From Carpediemonas membranifera BICM (Eukaryota; Protista; Fornicata), in assembly GCA_019828565.1 (NCBI GenBank), contig JAHDYR010000003.1:1-64000 (forward strand): a stretch of 64,000 nucleotides of DNA, given 5' to 3'. Positions 20,762 to 30,740 of this stretch are shown here, in pieces; the stretch's first letter is position 1; each line of letters starts with the position of its first letter. The notes under the pieces were generated by a model. That model searched no databases, was not told the origin of the DNA, and was given only the letters and a program-made list of their open reading frames with translations. The translations under genes were made by a program, and so were the position numbers.

Positions 20762-23700
20762 ATGGGAGAAACTGGAAGGCCTGGACGGAGACCTCACCCG
20801 GATATGTACATGTGGCCCGACTTTCGGACCCAAAAATTCCGACCCAGTTTATGGACTAGGAAAAGGGGAGAAATTTTGCACTCAACAATGCAGGTAGAAA
20901 TACCGACAAGGATCAGGGATTCCACGCAGAAGCAGTGGGAGGACATCAGGGAACTACTGGACAGCTTCCTCGCTGAAAGGAACGATTCAAGGACCCTACT
21001 TCTTCGTAGAACAGGCAAGTTTACAGGAAAGTCGCTCAATGCGAACTCCAAAGGACGCAAGGAAGTAATCATGAACGCCAGACGCATCCTCTTCGCAACC
21101 GGCGTCACTGACAACAAGGACATCATCCTCAGGAACCCATGCGGCATCCACGGCCTCCGCGACCTTTTCTACATGCTCACAGAGGCGCTCAACCCCAGAG
21201 ACGAGGAAGCAAAGGACATGGCACAGGCACTGGAGCCCAAGACGCTGAAAGCGGGCTTCACTGGCATGGCAAGATGGCCATCGGAGAAGGACATCGAGAC
21301 GGCGATCCTCAAGCCGAAGGAAGATGGGCCCATCGAATGGGATGTAGACAGGGACAGCGTCAAGAAGGCCGAAGGGTCGTTCATACTGGTATCAGGGGCT
21401 CATGGAGACGAGGCCGTAGAAGGCGTGCCTTACGACAAGGTATGGGATCCGGCAAACCAAGGCCCGGTCACCAGAGTGGCCTACGAGCAAGAGGACGGCA
21501 AGTACAGGGTCATCCTAGAGCTAAGCGACACGTCAGCATGGTCCATCAGCCGCTTCATGGAGGAGGCTAGGGACATCCTCAGGCTTCAGGCACCGGAGGC
21601 CCCGGCCATATGGCAGGCAGCATGGAACAAGTCAGGGATCTACCTGAAGGGCAGAACCAATATCCTGGGCGAAGGGGAGGAGACCCCCCTTAGCAACGAG
21701 CCGCTGTTCCGGAAGGTGAGGCTGGAAGTGCTCAAGGCCACCTCGGTCCGCAGCAATAGGGACGAACATGCCGATCTGGACAGGTCGTCCGCTAGCACGG
21801 TCATCGACGGAGACGAGGAGCAACATGTCAAGGACAAGGAGGAACGACGCCAGCAGGCCACCATGCCCGGCAGGAGAAGCCTCGACGACAGCCTCCTGGA
21901 AGTGAACAAGGACATGGTCGGGGCCAACCAAGGCAAGATCGACCAGGACGAGGAGGTCGACTCAAACAAGGACAGCAGTCAGCCGCCGAGGATGCCTGGA
22001 AAGGACAAGGAGAAACGGCTGGTGATCGGAGCCATCGACTTCGAGTGCGCAGACCCTGGCGTCAAGAAGGCAGGGATCCCTGCCATCCCGGTTGAGGGCG
22101 GGATCGTACTCTTTGACCTCAGCACTGGGGACATTCTTGGACATGGGCATGGCCTGTACTACCAGGACATACCGGCAGCAAGCATGGACCAAGCGAGGTA
22201 CACGGCATGGGCAGTGACGGGGCTGCCGCCGGCCACCTTCGTGGAGGTCGGGACGGGGCGGCCGCCGATCGAGTATGAGAAGCACATACATACTTTCAGG
22301 GACTGGGCCAACCGCCTGGCGGCTCAGCTGGCAAGGATCGAAAGGTCGGAGGGCTGGAAGATAATCATGTATGCAAAGGGGGTGGAGATGGAAAGCTTCC
22401 TCCTCACGAACCCCACAAATGGACTGGAGCAAGGAACCAGGGAATTCTTCCAAGCTAGGCTGGTGGACGAGAAGAAGCTACCAGAGATCCTGGAGAACAA
22501 CGGCAAGGAGGAGGCTGGCCAAAACCTCAGGGACAACCTCGACAAGGCCAACTACCTGGAAGCAGTAACAACATGGTCAAATGGATGGCAGAACAGGAGC
22601 GAGCCCAAGGGAGTCTGTCCGTACCACAGACACACCGCGGGTTGCTACCACTGTGGGTTGGCGGATACAGTAGTCTTCACAGCCAGGATCAGGGCCCTAT
22701 GCAAGGAGAGGATGAGCACCCCAGACGTCTACCACTACATGGGTAAGGCACTCGACAAGACCATGGAAGCAGTCGGGAATGCGGAGCCGGGCATGGATAT
22801 CATGGGAGGCCCGGAATTCGCGACAAGGAGGGACACCTTTGAGATCTTCGGCACGTACCCGATCGGGGACGCAAGGGACGTCAGCAGGGAAGTCGGCGAC
22901 AGGATCCTCGTAGTCCCGGACAACGGACACCGCTTCGGCATCGGCTTCGGGTTCGGGGAGGTTCTGTTGGGCATGAAGGGCATCTTACTGGCCCCCCTCA
23001 CAATCATGGACAACGAAGGAGTGCTGGAGAGAAGCCCGCTATGGACCATCATGGAAAGAGCCATGGCTAACCAGCTCCGCATGGTACGCGTCAGGAAGGG
23101 CCTAGGGGCAGCAAGGGAGGAGGACATCATAACCATGGCCATGCTATACGAGTGGTGGCCCTCGAAGGAGGCTACGGCTCATCAAGGAGTCTGGGGCTGC
23201 GACGACCTAGCAGAGAGCCTCAGGGACTATGAGAAGGTCATAGTCAACGTCAAGGCCCCCAGGAACAGGGGTAGGATCACCCTAGGGGCGAGCTTCATCC
23301 CGAGAGACTGGGGCATGGTCAGGGTCAGCGAGGCTGGGACCATCCTAAGCCGTATGCGCAAGGAAGGGGCCAGACTAGTCTCGGCAGCTATCCCGGACGA
23401 GCCCAGAGCCAACACAGTCAATGTCCCAGGCATCACGTATGTCCCCACCATCGACGGAAAGTCCGAACAGCCATACCAAAGTAGGTTCTTCGACAACGGC
23501 CTGGAGGAAAAGGCGAGGCGGATTAGCACCAGGATGGTGGGCAGGCACTTCGGCCAGGACGCGGATCAAGGACATCACGACCAGCATGGAGACAGGGAAG
23601 AGGACAGAAGGGTAGGACACGGAGCCGGCGGTAGAGCTGGTGTCAGAGCTGACGACAGAACCGGCGACAGAGCTGGTAACATGAACAGGACCTCGGATCG

Positions 23701-24265
23701 TAACCACGGAGGAGACGACAGGGAGAGACAGGACAACACGGGAACGCAGATGAGAGGCTCGTTCAGCGGGAACACCTGGGCCGGTAGAGGCTCAGAGGGA
23801 GGCATGGACAACAGCAAGGATCACTCTTCCTCCACGACGCTCAAGCGCAAGGAGGGCAGCACGAGTAGGATCATGGACTCGGACAGCGGAAAGAGAAGCA
23901 GGCACGAAGAGGACATGGACTGGGAGTCTGGAAGCAGACAGGCAACCGGCATGGACTCGGAGAAGCTGCGGCTCCGAAAGCAGTTGGCAGAGGCGCAACA
24001 AGAGATCTCAGCGCTCAAGGCTGCCCGACTCATGCAAGAGCAAGGCCACGGAAGGTTGGTGCTCTCCGGCGTCGCGACTAAGCCCAGCAAGGAGAAGCCC
24101 ACGATCCCCCGGCACAAGCACAAGAAGGCTAAGAAGGCCAAGCAGATCTCACCCATGGACCTGATGACCCAGTTCATCACGGTAATGCAGAGTCTACAAG
24201 GACAGCAAGTGAGTCAGGCCGAGGACAGCTGCAGCGGCAGTGGGGAGTCCACGGAGGAGGAGTAA
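20762..24265 (+). CDS. LINE ORF1 (1167 aa) with Maelstrom-like DEDDh / E-C-H-C nuclease domain and C-terminal coiled coil
   Basis: IDFE...PVE...CPYH-x8-C with HCGLAD; may extend upstream into ORF 20312-20713 by frameshift. Confidence 0.8.
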   Translation: MGETGRPGRRPHPDMYMWPDFRTQKFRPSLWTRKRGEILHSTMQVEIPTRIRDSTQKQWEDIRELLDSFLAERNDSRTLLLRRTGKFTGKSLNANSKGRKEVIMNARRILFATGVTDNKDIILRNPCGIHGLRDLFYMLTEALNPRDEEAKDMAQALEPKTLKAGFTGMARWPSEKDIETAILKPKEDGPIEWDVDRDSVKKAEGSFILVSGAHGDEAVEGVPYDKVWDPANQGPVTRVAYEQEDGKYRVILELSDTSAWSISRFMEEARDILRLQAPEAPAIWQAAWNKSGIYLKGRTNILGEGEETPLSNEPLFRKVRLEVLKATSVRSNRDEHADLDRSSASTVIDGDEEQHVKDKEERRQQATMPGRRSLDDSLLEVNKDMVGANQGKIDQDEEVDSNKDSSQPPRMPGKDKEKRLVIGAIDFECADPGVKKAGIPAIPVEGGIVLFDLSTGDILGHGHGLYYQDIPAASMDQARYTAWAVTGLPPATFVEVGTGRPPIEYEKHIHTFRDWANRLAAQLARIERSEGWKIIMYAKGVEMESFLLTNPTNGLEQGTREFFQARLVDEKKLPEILENNGKEEAGQNLRDNLDKANYLEAVTTWSNGWQNRSEPKGVCPYHRHTAGCYHCGLADTVVFTARIRALCKERMSTPDVYHYMGKALDKTMEAVGNAEPGMDIMGGPEFATRRDTFEIFGTYPIGDARDVSREVGDRILVVPDNGHRFGIGFGFGEVLLGMKGILLAPLTIMDNEGVLERSPLWTIMERAMANQLRMVRVRKGLGAAREEDIITMAMLYEWWPSKEATAHQGVWGCDDLAESLRDYEKVIVNVKAPRNRGRITLGASFIPRDWGMVRVSEAGTILSRMRKEGARLVSAAIPDEPRANTVNVPGITYVPTIDGKSEQPYQSRFFDNGLEEKARRISTRMVGRHFGQDADQGHHDQHGDREEDRRVGHGAGGRAGVRADDRTGDRAGNMNRTSDRNHGGDDRERQDNTGTQMRGSFSGNTWAGRGSEGGMDNSKDHSSSTTLKRKEGSTSRIMDSDSGKRSRHEEDMDWESGSRQATGMDSEKLRLRKQLAEAQQEISALKAARLMQEQGHGRLVLSGVATKPSKEKPTIPRHKHKKAKKAKQISPMDLMTQFITVMQSLQGQQVSQAEDSCSGSGESTEEE

Positions 24266-25239
24266 GGACATGGTAAAGCAGTATTCTTTCAAGGAACAAG
24301 CAACATTTTCTTTATAATTCACAAGCCCTGGCTCCCACCCAGGGCCCGGCATTAGCTGAAATGCACTGCCGGTAGGCTGTAGCGGCAGCCAAAGGGGGGG
24401 TCACGTCATATCGTCCCCCTCCTAAGTACCCTGCCCGAAGAATGGAAGGTCACCAGGTGGTAACAAGGTGTAGTCCGTTAGGGACAAGAAAGCTTTACAG
24501 GGAAAAGAGACGACACCAAATGTGTCGACAGAAACCTGAAGACGATGTAAATAATACAACTATGTAAATATTGGGTAAGACCCACGACACCGCCCCTCCA
24601 TGGACCCCAAAGGGGCCATGGCCTCAGGCGTATGCCACTCGAACGAATGTGCGATGAGGGACTTGACCAGTCCCGAGACCTCCGATGCCACTCATTGGTC
24701 TACGAGACTCTGTACCATGGCAGGGTACAGGGTGAATGCCTTGTTCAAGTCGGGAGCCAGAATTGGCGGGGTGAATCTGAAAGATTCGGAAAATATCTGC
24801 GGATCTCAAAATCCTATCGTGGTACCACTTGTTAGCGCGCTGTGTAATTAGAATGATCTTACGTGAGGCATTCCGCCCCTCCACGGTCGTAAAACGGCCG
24901 TTTGAATATTGATTAGATCAAATGAGCGCCTAAAACTGCTCACTGTGATGATCTTTGTGTTTCTCTTGGTATGTACTTCACGTCGCCGTCCTTATTACAT
25001 AGAGATCGAAAAACGTCATTAGAAGCCTCAATTCGGCTTCGTTCGCGAGTTCTCGCGTTTTTTGCTCTCGACGGTGCGACGTTCTCTCTCGCGGCTGCAA
25101 AAGGCCGCGTTCATCCTTAATAACATCAATCGGGCTTGAATTAGCCGTAAAACAGTGTCTTTCAAGTTCCATTGAGGTTGGTTGCTACTTCTTTCGAGTT
25201 GTTGTTTTCTCAGTGAAAACGGGAAGTGACGAACGAGCA

Positions 25240-26484
25240 ATGTCCGACGTACGTGAGCAGATTACGCAGATGCTGGCGCTATTTGATGAGGAGAAAGCCC
25301 GAAAGGCCTTCAAACGCTTCTTGAACCGCTATCTCGATCGTGCCCGTTTTTTCAACTCAGCCAGCGACTACCACGCTTTGTTCAGCGCACCTGCTCCTAC
25401 AAACGTGACATCTATCCGGGACACCTCTACTGAGAGCGTTACGAGTGCTCCGGTCACTTCTTGTGTGCGTTCGCCGACGCCGGGCGGTGACGAAAGCCCG
25501 GAGGAGGCTGAGACGGTGAGTGGTGATGCTGGCTCTCCACGTGAGAACCGTGGTGACTCGTGCGAGGCCGAGACCGCTCGTAGCGATGATGAATCCCGGC
25601 CAACGGGTCACGGCGACTCGGGGTCGGGTGAGGAAACCGAGGTCTCGCCGCTCTTCTCTCTGGAGGAGATGATCACCGCTGTTGCCGCAGAGGGCGTGAG
25701 TTACATCACTCTAGACATGTCTGGTACCTTGCGGGCGCTCCGCGCCGGGATGCTCAACTCATATGGGCATCTCGCCGCAACGGAGAACTCTTCTTCCGTT
25801 GCGCGTGACATCTGTCGCGATGGTCTCGTGTTGCTGGCGCTATCGCGCGAGTACCACACTCGGGCTATGTGTGGTCGGCCTGGCGATCCCACCGATCAGG
25901 ATCTGGTGGCTTTGCACCTCCGCCGCCTCGACGCGACCTCGCGTACGCTCTGTCATCAGGGTTTGCGCGAGCGTATTCAGCTTCTCTCGGGGCGTGGTTA
26001 CACCGTCATGACCCCTCATCTGCGTCGCGCCATAATGTTAGGTAATGACCCAGACCTGTATGACATGATGGTCGTGGGCCACGCGCAGGGCATCCTAGAC
26101 GCTGCTGACGTGCGAGAGTTCAGCCGCCAATACATTGAAGCAATCCGGACCCCCACTGGTTTCGGTCATGTGCGCCACTCTTTGATGGACAACTTCCTGT
26201 TCGATGTCCCCAGCAATGACGTCCTGCCCGTCGCGCTCGATCATAACGAGCCACGTCGTGTGTATGTGCTTGAGGCAATCGTTGGCCACCATCTGCATGA
26301 GAATTCCCTGCGTCTGCTCGTGCACTATGCTCGACGCGAGTACAGCTCGATTATCCTGGCAACCGAGGCAATCCGTGATAGTCAGGCTGGGGTCAAGTTC
26401 TTTGCTGCTCATCCCGAGCTAGTTCGCTATTGTACCCGGTCTGAGGACGCGAACGGTGCTCTCAGCGGGGGTGTTTTGGAGTGA
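25240..26484 (+). CDS. Antisense accessory ORF of element A with degenerate C-terminal chromodomain
   Basis: About 414 aa, convergent with pol and not overlapping it; YVLEAIVGHH...LRLLVHY. Confidence 0.7.
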   Translation: MSDVREQITQMLALFDEEKARKAFKRFLNRYLDRARFFNSASDYHALFSAPAPTNVTSIRDTSTESVTSAPVTSCVRSPTPGGDESPEEAETVSGDAGSPRENRGDSCEAETARSDDESRPTGHGDSGSGEETEVSPLFSLEEMITAVAAEGVSYITLDMSGTLRALRAGMLNSYGHLAATENSSSVARDICRDGLVLLALSREYHTRAMCGRPGDPTDQDLVALHLRRLDATSRTLCHQGLRERIQLLSGRGYTVMTPHLRRAIMLGNDPDLYDMMVVGHAQGILDAADVREFSRQYIEAIRTPTGFGHVRHSLMDNFLFDVPSNDVLPVALDHNEPRRVYVLEAIVGHHLHENSLRLLVHYARREYSSIILATEAIRDSQAGVKFFAAHPELVRYCTRSEDANGALSGGVLE

Positions 26485-26517
26485 GATAAAGGTTTGGATT
26501 GAGTAGCTGCTGAAGGT

Positions 26518-29500
26518 TTACAGACCGGCTCGCTTGGCCTCGTCTGACTTCAGGAATATGTCTAGCGCCTCTAGGTCCTTGACTGACGAATAGTCTTGCC
26601 ACGTGGCCTCTTCGTCTTCGCACCCAGCCCAATGGACGAGGTATTCCCGCTTGGACATCGGGCCTCGACCTCGAGATCGACTGATTCGCTCAACTTCCCA
26701 CTCGTCGTCAGCCGTGGCTGCGAGTGCTTTGATCTGATCTTCTGTCAGCCTGCCGGGATTGAACTTCCGAACTCTCGATGCGTCTACCGTGATCGCTTTC
26801 GAGTTGTCCTTCTCAGCTAGGTCTAAAACCTTATACGCGACAACGACACCGTGTTGTTTCACTCCGGCGAGCCTTCGCATTGGCCCTCTCCATCCAGGTG
26901 ACAACTTGTTCGGTGGTCTAGAGGGGTACTTGACTAGGACGAACCTGCTAATAATCTCATTCCTCGAGGCAGTAGCCTTTGCGAGGGCGTCCTCTCTCAT
27001 CGCCTGGACTCGGCTGCTGGCGAGTTGGACAGCCGCTGCGGCCGCTTCCCTGTGAGACTCACTCGCGCTCGCTGTACTAGAATCAGTCACATACACGTTC
27101 TGTGGTATTCTCAGGTCGTACCCGAGAACTATCTCGGCTGGTGACAGGCGTGTAGACGTGCGCGGGGATGAATTAACGATGAACTGGGCGACAGGTAGAT
27201 TCTCGATCCAGGTTGACCCTCTGAGCTGAAACTTACGCGCCTTGAGGATGCGTAATACTTGCTGGTTGGCGCGCTCTACCATCCCATTGGATTGCGGGTG
27301 GTGAGCCGTGGTAATATGTATCTTGAACCCCATCTCATCTGCGATGCGCTTGAAGAGTTGGTTCTTGAACTCTGGTCCTCCGTCGGATTGGAGAACCTCA
27401 GGGCACCCGAAACGCAATATCCAGTTGTTGACCAGGGCGTCCGCTGCTGCCGCGCCGGTGGTACTCGAAGATGCGACTAGCTCAGTCCACCGACTGCACA
27501 TGTCGATCATGACTGTGATGTAAGCCTTGCCGTCGACGGAGGGGAAAGGCCCCATCGTGTCAACTGCCACCCTACGGAACGGGCGATCTACGGCTGTGTG
27601 CAATCCTGACGGGCTGTCAACCGGAGGGCGTCTAATCACCTGGCACACCGGGCAGTTTTCGATGACCTTGCTGACAGTCTCACGTGATACTGACTTGCCT
27701 TGGTCCTTGAGTCGTTCAGTAACTACACGTCGGGAGAGGTGGGCCCCGGCGGTGAGGTGTTCTGCTTCAACGTCATCTTCTGATGCGGACTGCATAACGT
27801 ACACTCGCGATAAGCCGTCTGCCCCACCGTTATCAAGGCCAGCGACGTGCTTGACGTCGAAGTCCATGTCGGACATAGCCTCAGCCCATCTGCGGACCTT
27901 GGCGTTAGTCGACTTGTACATGTAAATCAGGTTGCGATGGTCCGTGAGAAGGGTGAACTTTCCCCAGGAGAGGTACTTGTTCCATCGCTTAATGGCGGCG
28001 ACGATGGCGAATGCCTCCTTCTCTCCGACCGACCATCGCGATTGCACTTGGTCAAAGGCCTTGCTCATAAAGCACACGGGTTGGCCTTCCTGCAATAGCA
28101 CAGCGCCGTAGCCTACTCCTGACGCGTCGGTCATGATGGTGTGTTCCTTGGACGCATCGAAGATGGCGAGTACTTCTGCTTGGGCGAGGAGTGTCTTGAC
28201 TTTGCGTAGGGCTTGCTCTTGCTCGTCGCCACCCAGCGGGATCTTGGAGGCCATCGCTTGAGTTAAGGGGTGTACTACTTCTGCGAAACCAGGGACATGA
28301 TCCCGGAAATAGTTAAGAAATCCGACGAGCGCTTGCATTCCCTTGACCGACTTAGGCATTTCGAGATCCAGGATGTCTTGAATGCGGTCCGCTGCGATGC
28401 GTTGACAGCCATGGGATATGACCCTGCCCAGGAACTCGACCTCGGCCCTCGAAAACTGGCACTTGTCACGGTTGAGTTGTAACTTGATCTGTCTAGTACG
28501 CTGCAGCACGCTCTCCAGGTTCTTGAGGTAATCCTCCTCGTTTTCCCCGAAGACAATGATATCGTCGATATAGATATAACAGGCGTGACCAACCAGTTCG
28601 GCGAAAGCCGACTCCATGGCACGCTGAAAGTGAGCTCCTGCGTTCCTTAGCCCGAAGGGCATCCTAGTGTATTGATATTGACCTAGAATGGTGGTGAACG
28701 CAGTGTACTTGCGGCAGCGTTTGGTCAGTTCGACCTGGTGATAACCCGACGACAGGTCTAGTGTGGCGAAGATCTTCTTGTTGGGTAGTTGGGCGATCAC
28801 CTCGTCGATCATTGGGATCGGGTAGTCGAAAGTGGGGGTGATCTCGTTGATCTGCCGGAAATCCACGACGAAGCGCGACTTCCCGCCCTTCTTCGGCACC
28901 GTCATGGCCGGGGATGCGTACGGTGAGTTGCTTCTCTCGATAAACCCCTTCAAGGACAGCTCGTCGATGTGCTCCCGTATTATGTCGACCTTGGCTGGTG
29001 GGACGAAGTATGGTCTGGCGTTGACCACTCGGTCCTCGCGTAGGATGAGGTCATACGGCTCGAGGCGGCTGGGTTCGCTACGGTCCTCGAACACGTCGCT
29101 ATAACGTCTGATGAGCTCGGCCTGCCGGTCGATGCTGGTCTGCGACAAAGAAAACAATGGTGCCTGATACTTGTACACGTCCGGAATCTCGATCTCGTCA
29201 TCATCTTGCTCGTCGGTGTAGGCTTGGGGAAGGATTCCCAGTGCTACCATGTCTGGATATCCGATAATCATGTCGAACTCAGTGTCAAGTAGCAGCATAC
29301 GTGGCTTGTAGGAGCACGCCTTGGGTGTAAACGCTGACGCTAGCAGTCTTACGTCGCCTTCAACAGCGCCTTGCGCGTGAAGAATACCCTTGTTGGCGGT
29401 ACGGATCGGAATAACCTCGGAGCTAACTTTTGTCAGCTTGGACGCCCACGTGCTCTTAATGATCGTGACTCCGGCACCTGAATCAAGTAGAGCAGTGAGG

Positions 29501-30468
29501 TTGTGACCATTAATCTGGACTTTGATCAAGGGAACAGATGGCTTAGTCTCGGTCTCGCCCTTAGTCTTTGACGGTTCGCCCTCGGCCGGTGACTCCTTGG
29601 AACTTAAAACACACACGCACTTGGAGGATTTACAGTAATCCTCCAGGTGGCCGACACGACCACACTTCTTACATGTGTGCTTGGGCTTCTTACACTTGAA
29701 CACCGAGTGACCCTTGCCACCGCAGTTATAGCAGGTGTAGTTAGAGTAGTCCTTTGCCGGCTTCTCCTTCTTGATTGCCTTGTGGCCCTTGTTGGTTTCA
29801 GCCGACCGGTTATCGGACGAGGGCTTCTTCGGGATCACAGACGAGTCGTGTCTGCGGTCATGGCGGGACGTGTAGGGTTGACGAGAGGGAGCGTCTTCGA
29901 AAGCGCTTAGTAGATCCCGTGACTCTTGGACTTCACGTGCTAGGGCTAGGACGGCGGGCATAGCCTTTTCCAGAGGCTGGTCCTCGATGAGCTCTTGGAT
30001 GCGGTACATGGCCTTGGGGTTGCTCTTAAAGGCACGCGTATACGCCTCCTTGAGGTTGTCCTCGTTGAGGGACTTCCCATCGAACAGGGACAAGAGGAGA
30101 GTGAACTTCCGATTGACGCGTGCGACCTGTACCGTGTCGAAGCTGTTGGCTCTTAGACGGAACAGCTGGAGGCGTGAGGTCTTGGTTCTGGGTTGCAGGG
30201 CTTGTCCGAGCCGCTTGAGAGTTCTCTGATCCTTCAGATCGCGGATGTTCTTCCTTGAGGCTACTAGGGGAGTGTGATCGTCGTCTTCGTCCTGCGTAGT
30301 GGATAGGATCGTGGCAATGAGGTCTTGTACCGAGCTATCAATCAAGTCTGAGATATCCCGATGGCCTCCGTAAGCGCGATAGTCGCGGAAGGCCTCGGCG
30401 AAAGTGATGAGAGCCTCAACTGACGGAACCGTTAGTAGAGGAGGTATAAGGCGTTTCTTATCGTTCAT
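26518..30468 (-). CDS. gag-pol of A: two CCHC knuckles, protease, RT, RNase H, integrase, chromodomain
   Basis: LLDSGAG, YIDD, TDAS, DTMGP..SDGG..VER, WEVERI...YLVHWAG; uninterrupted 1316 aa. Confidence 0.97.
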   Translation of the reverse strand: MNDKKRLIPPLLTVPSVEALITFAEAFRDYRAYGGHRDISDLIDSSVQDLIATILSTTQDEDDDHTPLVASRKNIRDLKDQRTLKRLGQALQPRTKTSRLQLFRLRANSFDTVQVARVNRKFTLLLSLFDGKSLNEDNLKEAYTRAFKSNPKAMYRIQELIEDQPLEKAMPAVLALAREVQESRDLLSAFEDAPSRQPYTSRHDRRHDSSVIPKKPSSDNRSAETNKGHKAIKKEKPAKDYSNYTCYNCGGKGHSVFKCKKPKHTCKKCGRVGHLEDYCKSSKCVCVLSSKESPAEGEPSKTKGETETKPSVPLIKVQINGHNLTALLDSGAGVTIIKSTWASKLTKVSSEVIPIRTANKGILHAQGAVEGDVRLLASAFTPKACSYKPRMLLLDTEFDMIIGYPDMVALGILPQAYTDEQDDDEIEIPDVYKYQAPLFSLSQTSIDRQAELIRRYSDVFEDRSEPSRLEPYDLILREDRVVNARPYFVPPAKVDIIREHIDELSLKGFIERSNSPYASPAMTVPKKGGKSRFVVDFRQINEITPTFDYPIPMIDEVIAQLPNKKIFATLDLSSGYHQVELTKRCRKYTAFTTILGQYQYTRMPFGLRNAGAHFQRAMESAFAELVGHACYIYIDDIIVFGENEEDYLKNLESVLQRTRQIKLQLNRDKCQFSRAEVEFLGRVISHGCQRIAADRIQDILDLEMPKSVKGMQALVGFLNYFRDHVPGFAEVVHPLTQAMASKIPLGGDEQEQALRKVKTLLAQAEVLAIFDASKEHTIMTDASGVGYGAVLLQEGQPVCFMSKAFDQVQSRWSVGEKEAFAIVAAIKRWNKYLSWGKFTLLTDHRNLIYMYKSTNAKVRRWAEAMSDMDFDVKHVAGLDNGGADGLSRVYVMQSASEDDVEAEHLTAGAHLSRRVVTERLKDQGKSVSRETVSKVIENCPVCQVIRRPPVDSPSGLHTAVDRPFRRVAVDTMGPFPSVDGKAYITVMIDMCSRWTELVASSSTTGAAAADALVNNWILRFGCPEVLQSDGGPEFKNQLFKRIADEMGFKIHITTAHHPQSNGMVERANQQVLRILKARKFQLRGSTWIENLPVAQFIVNSSPRTSTRLSPAEIVLGYDLRIPQNVYVTDSSTASASESHREAAAAAVQLASSRVQAMREDALAKATASRNEIISRFVLVKYPSRPPNKLSPGWRGPMRRLAGVKQHGVVVAYKVLDLAEKDNSKAITVDASRVRKFNPGRLTEDQIKALAATADDEWEVERISRSRGRGPMSKREYLVHWAGCEDEEATWQDYSSVKDLEALDIFLKSDEAKRAGL

Positions 30469-30740
30469 GGCTTGAATTTCTAGAAATGTAGTCCGTTAGG
30501 GACAAGAAAGCTTTACAGGGAAAAGAGACGACACCAAATGTGTCGACAGAAACCTGAAGACGATGTAAATAATACAACTATGTAAATATTGGGTAAGACC
30601 CACGACAAAGGTTGGCCTGACAAGGGTCACCGAGACCGGCATCTAGGCCCCTTGTCAGGACAAGGATAGCAGGAGAGGAGCGGGAAGCTGGGGCTCCCAA
30701 ATTCTGGGAATTCGCAGGATAAGGAAACAGGACAAAGGCA

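Larger units (their letters stand above)
24469..30607 (-). mobile_element. Ty3/gypsy chromovirus-like element A (intact)
   Basis: Identical 121-bp LTRs 24469-24589 and 30487-30607; TSD AAGG; PPT complement CCGCCCCT at 24590. Confidence 0.95.
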
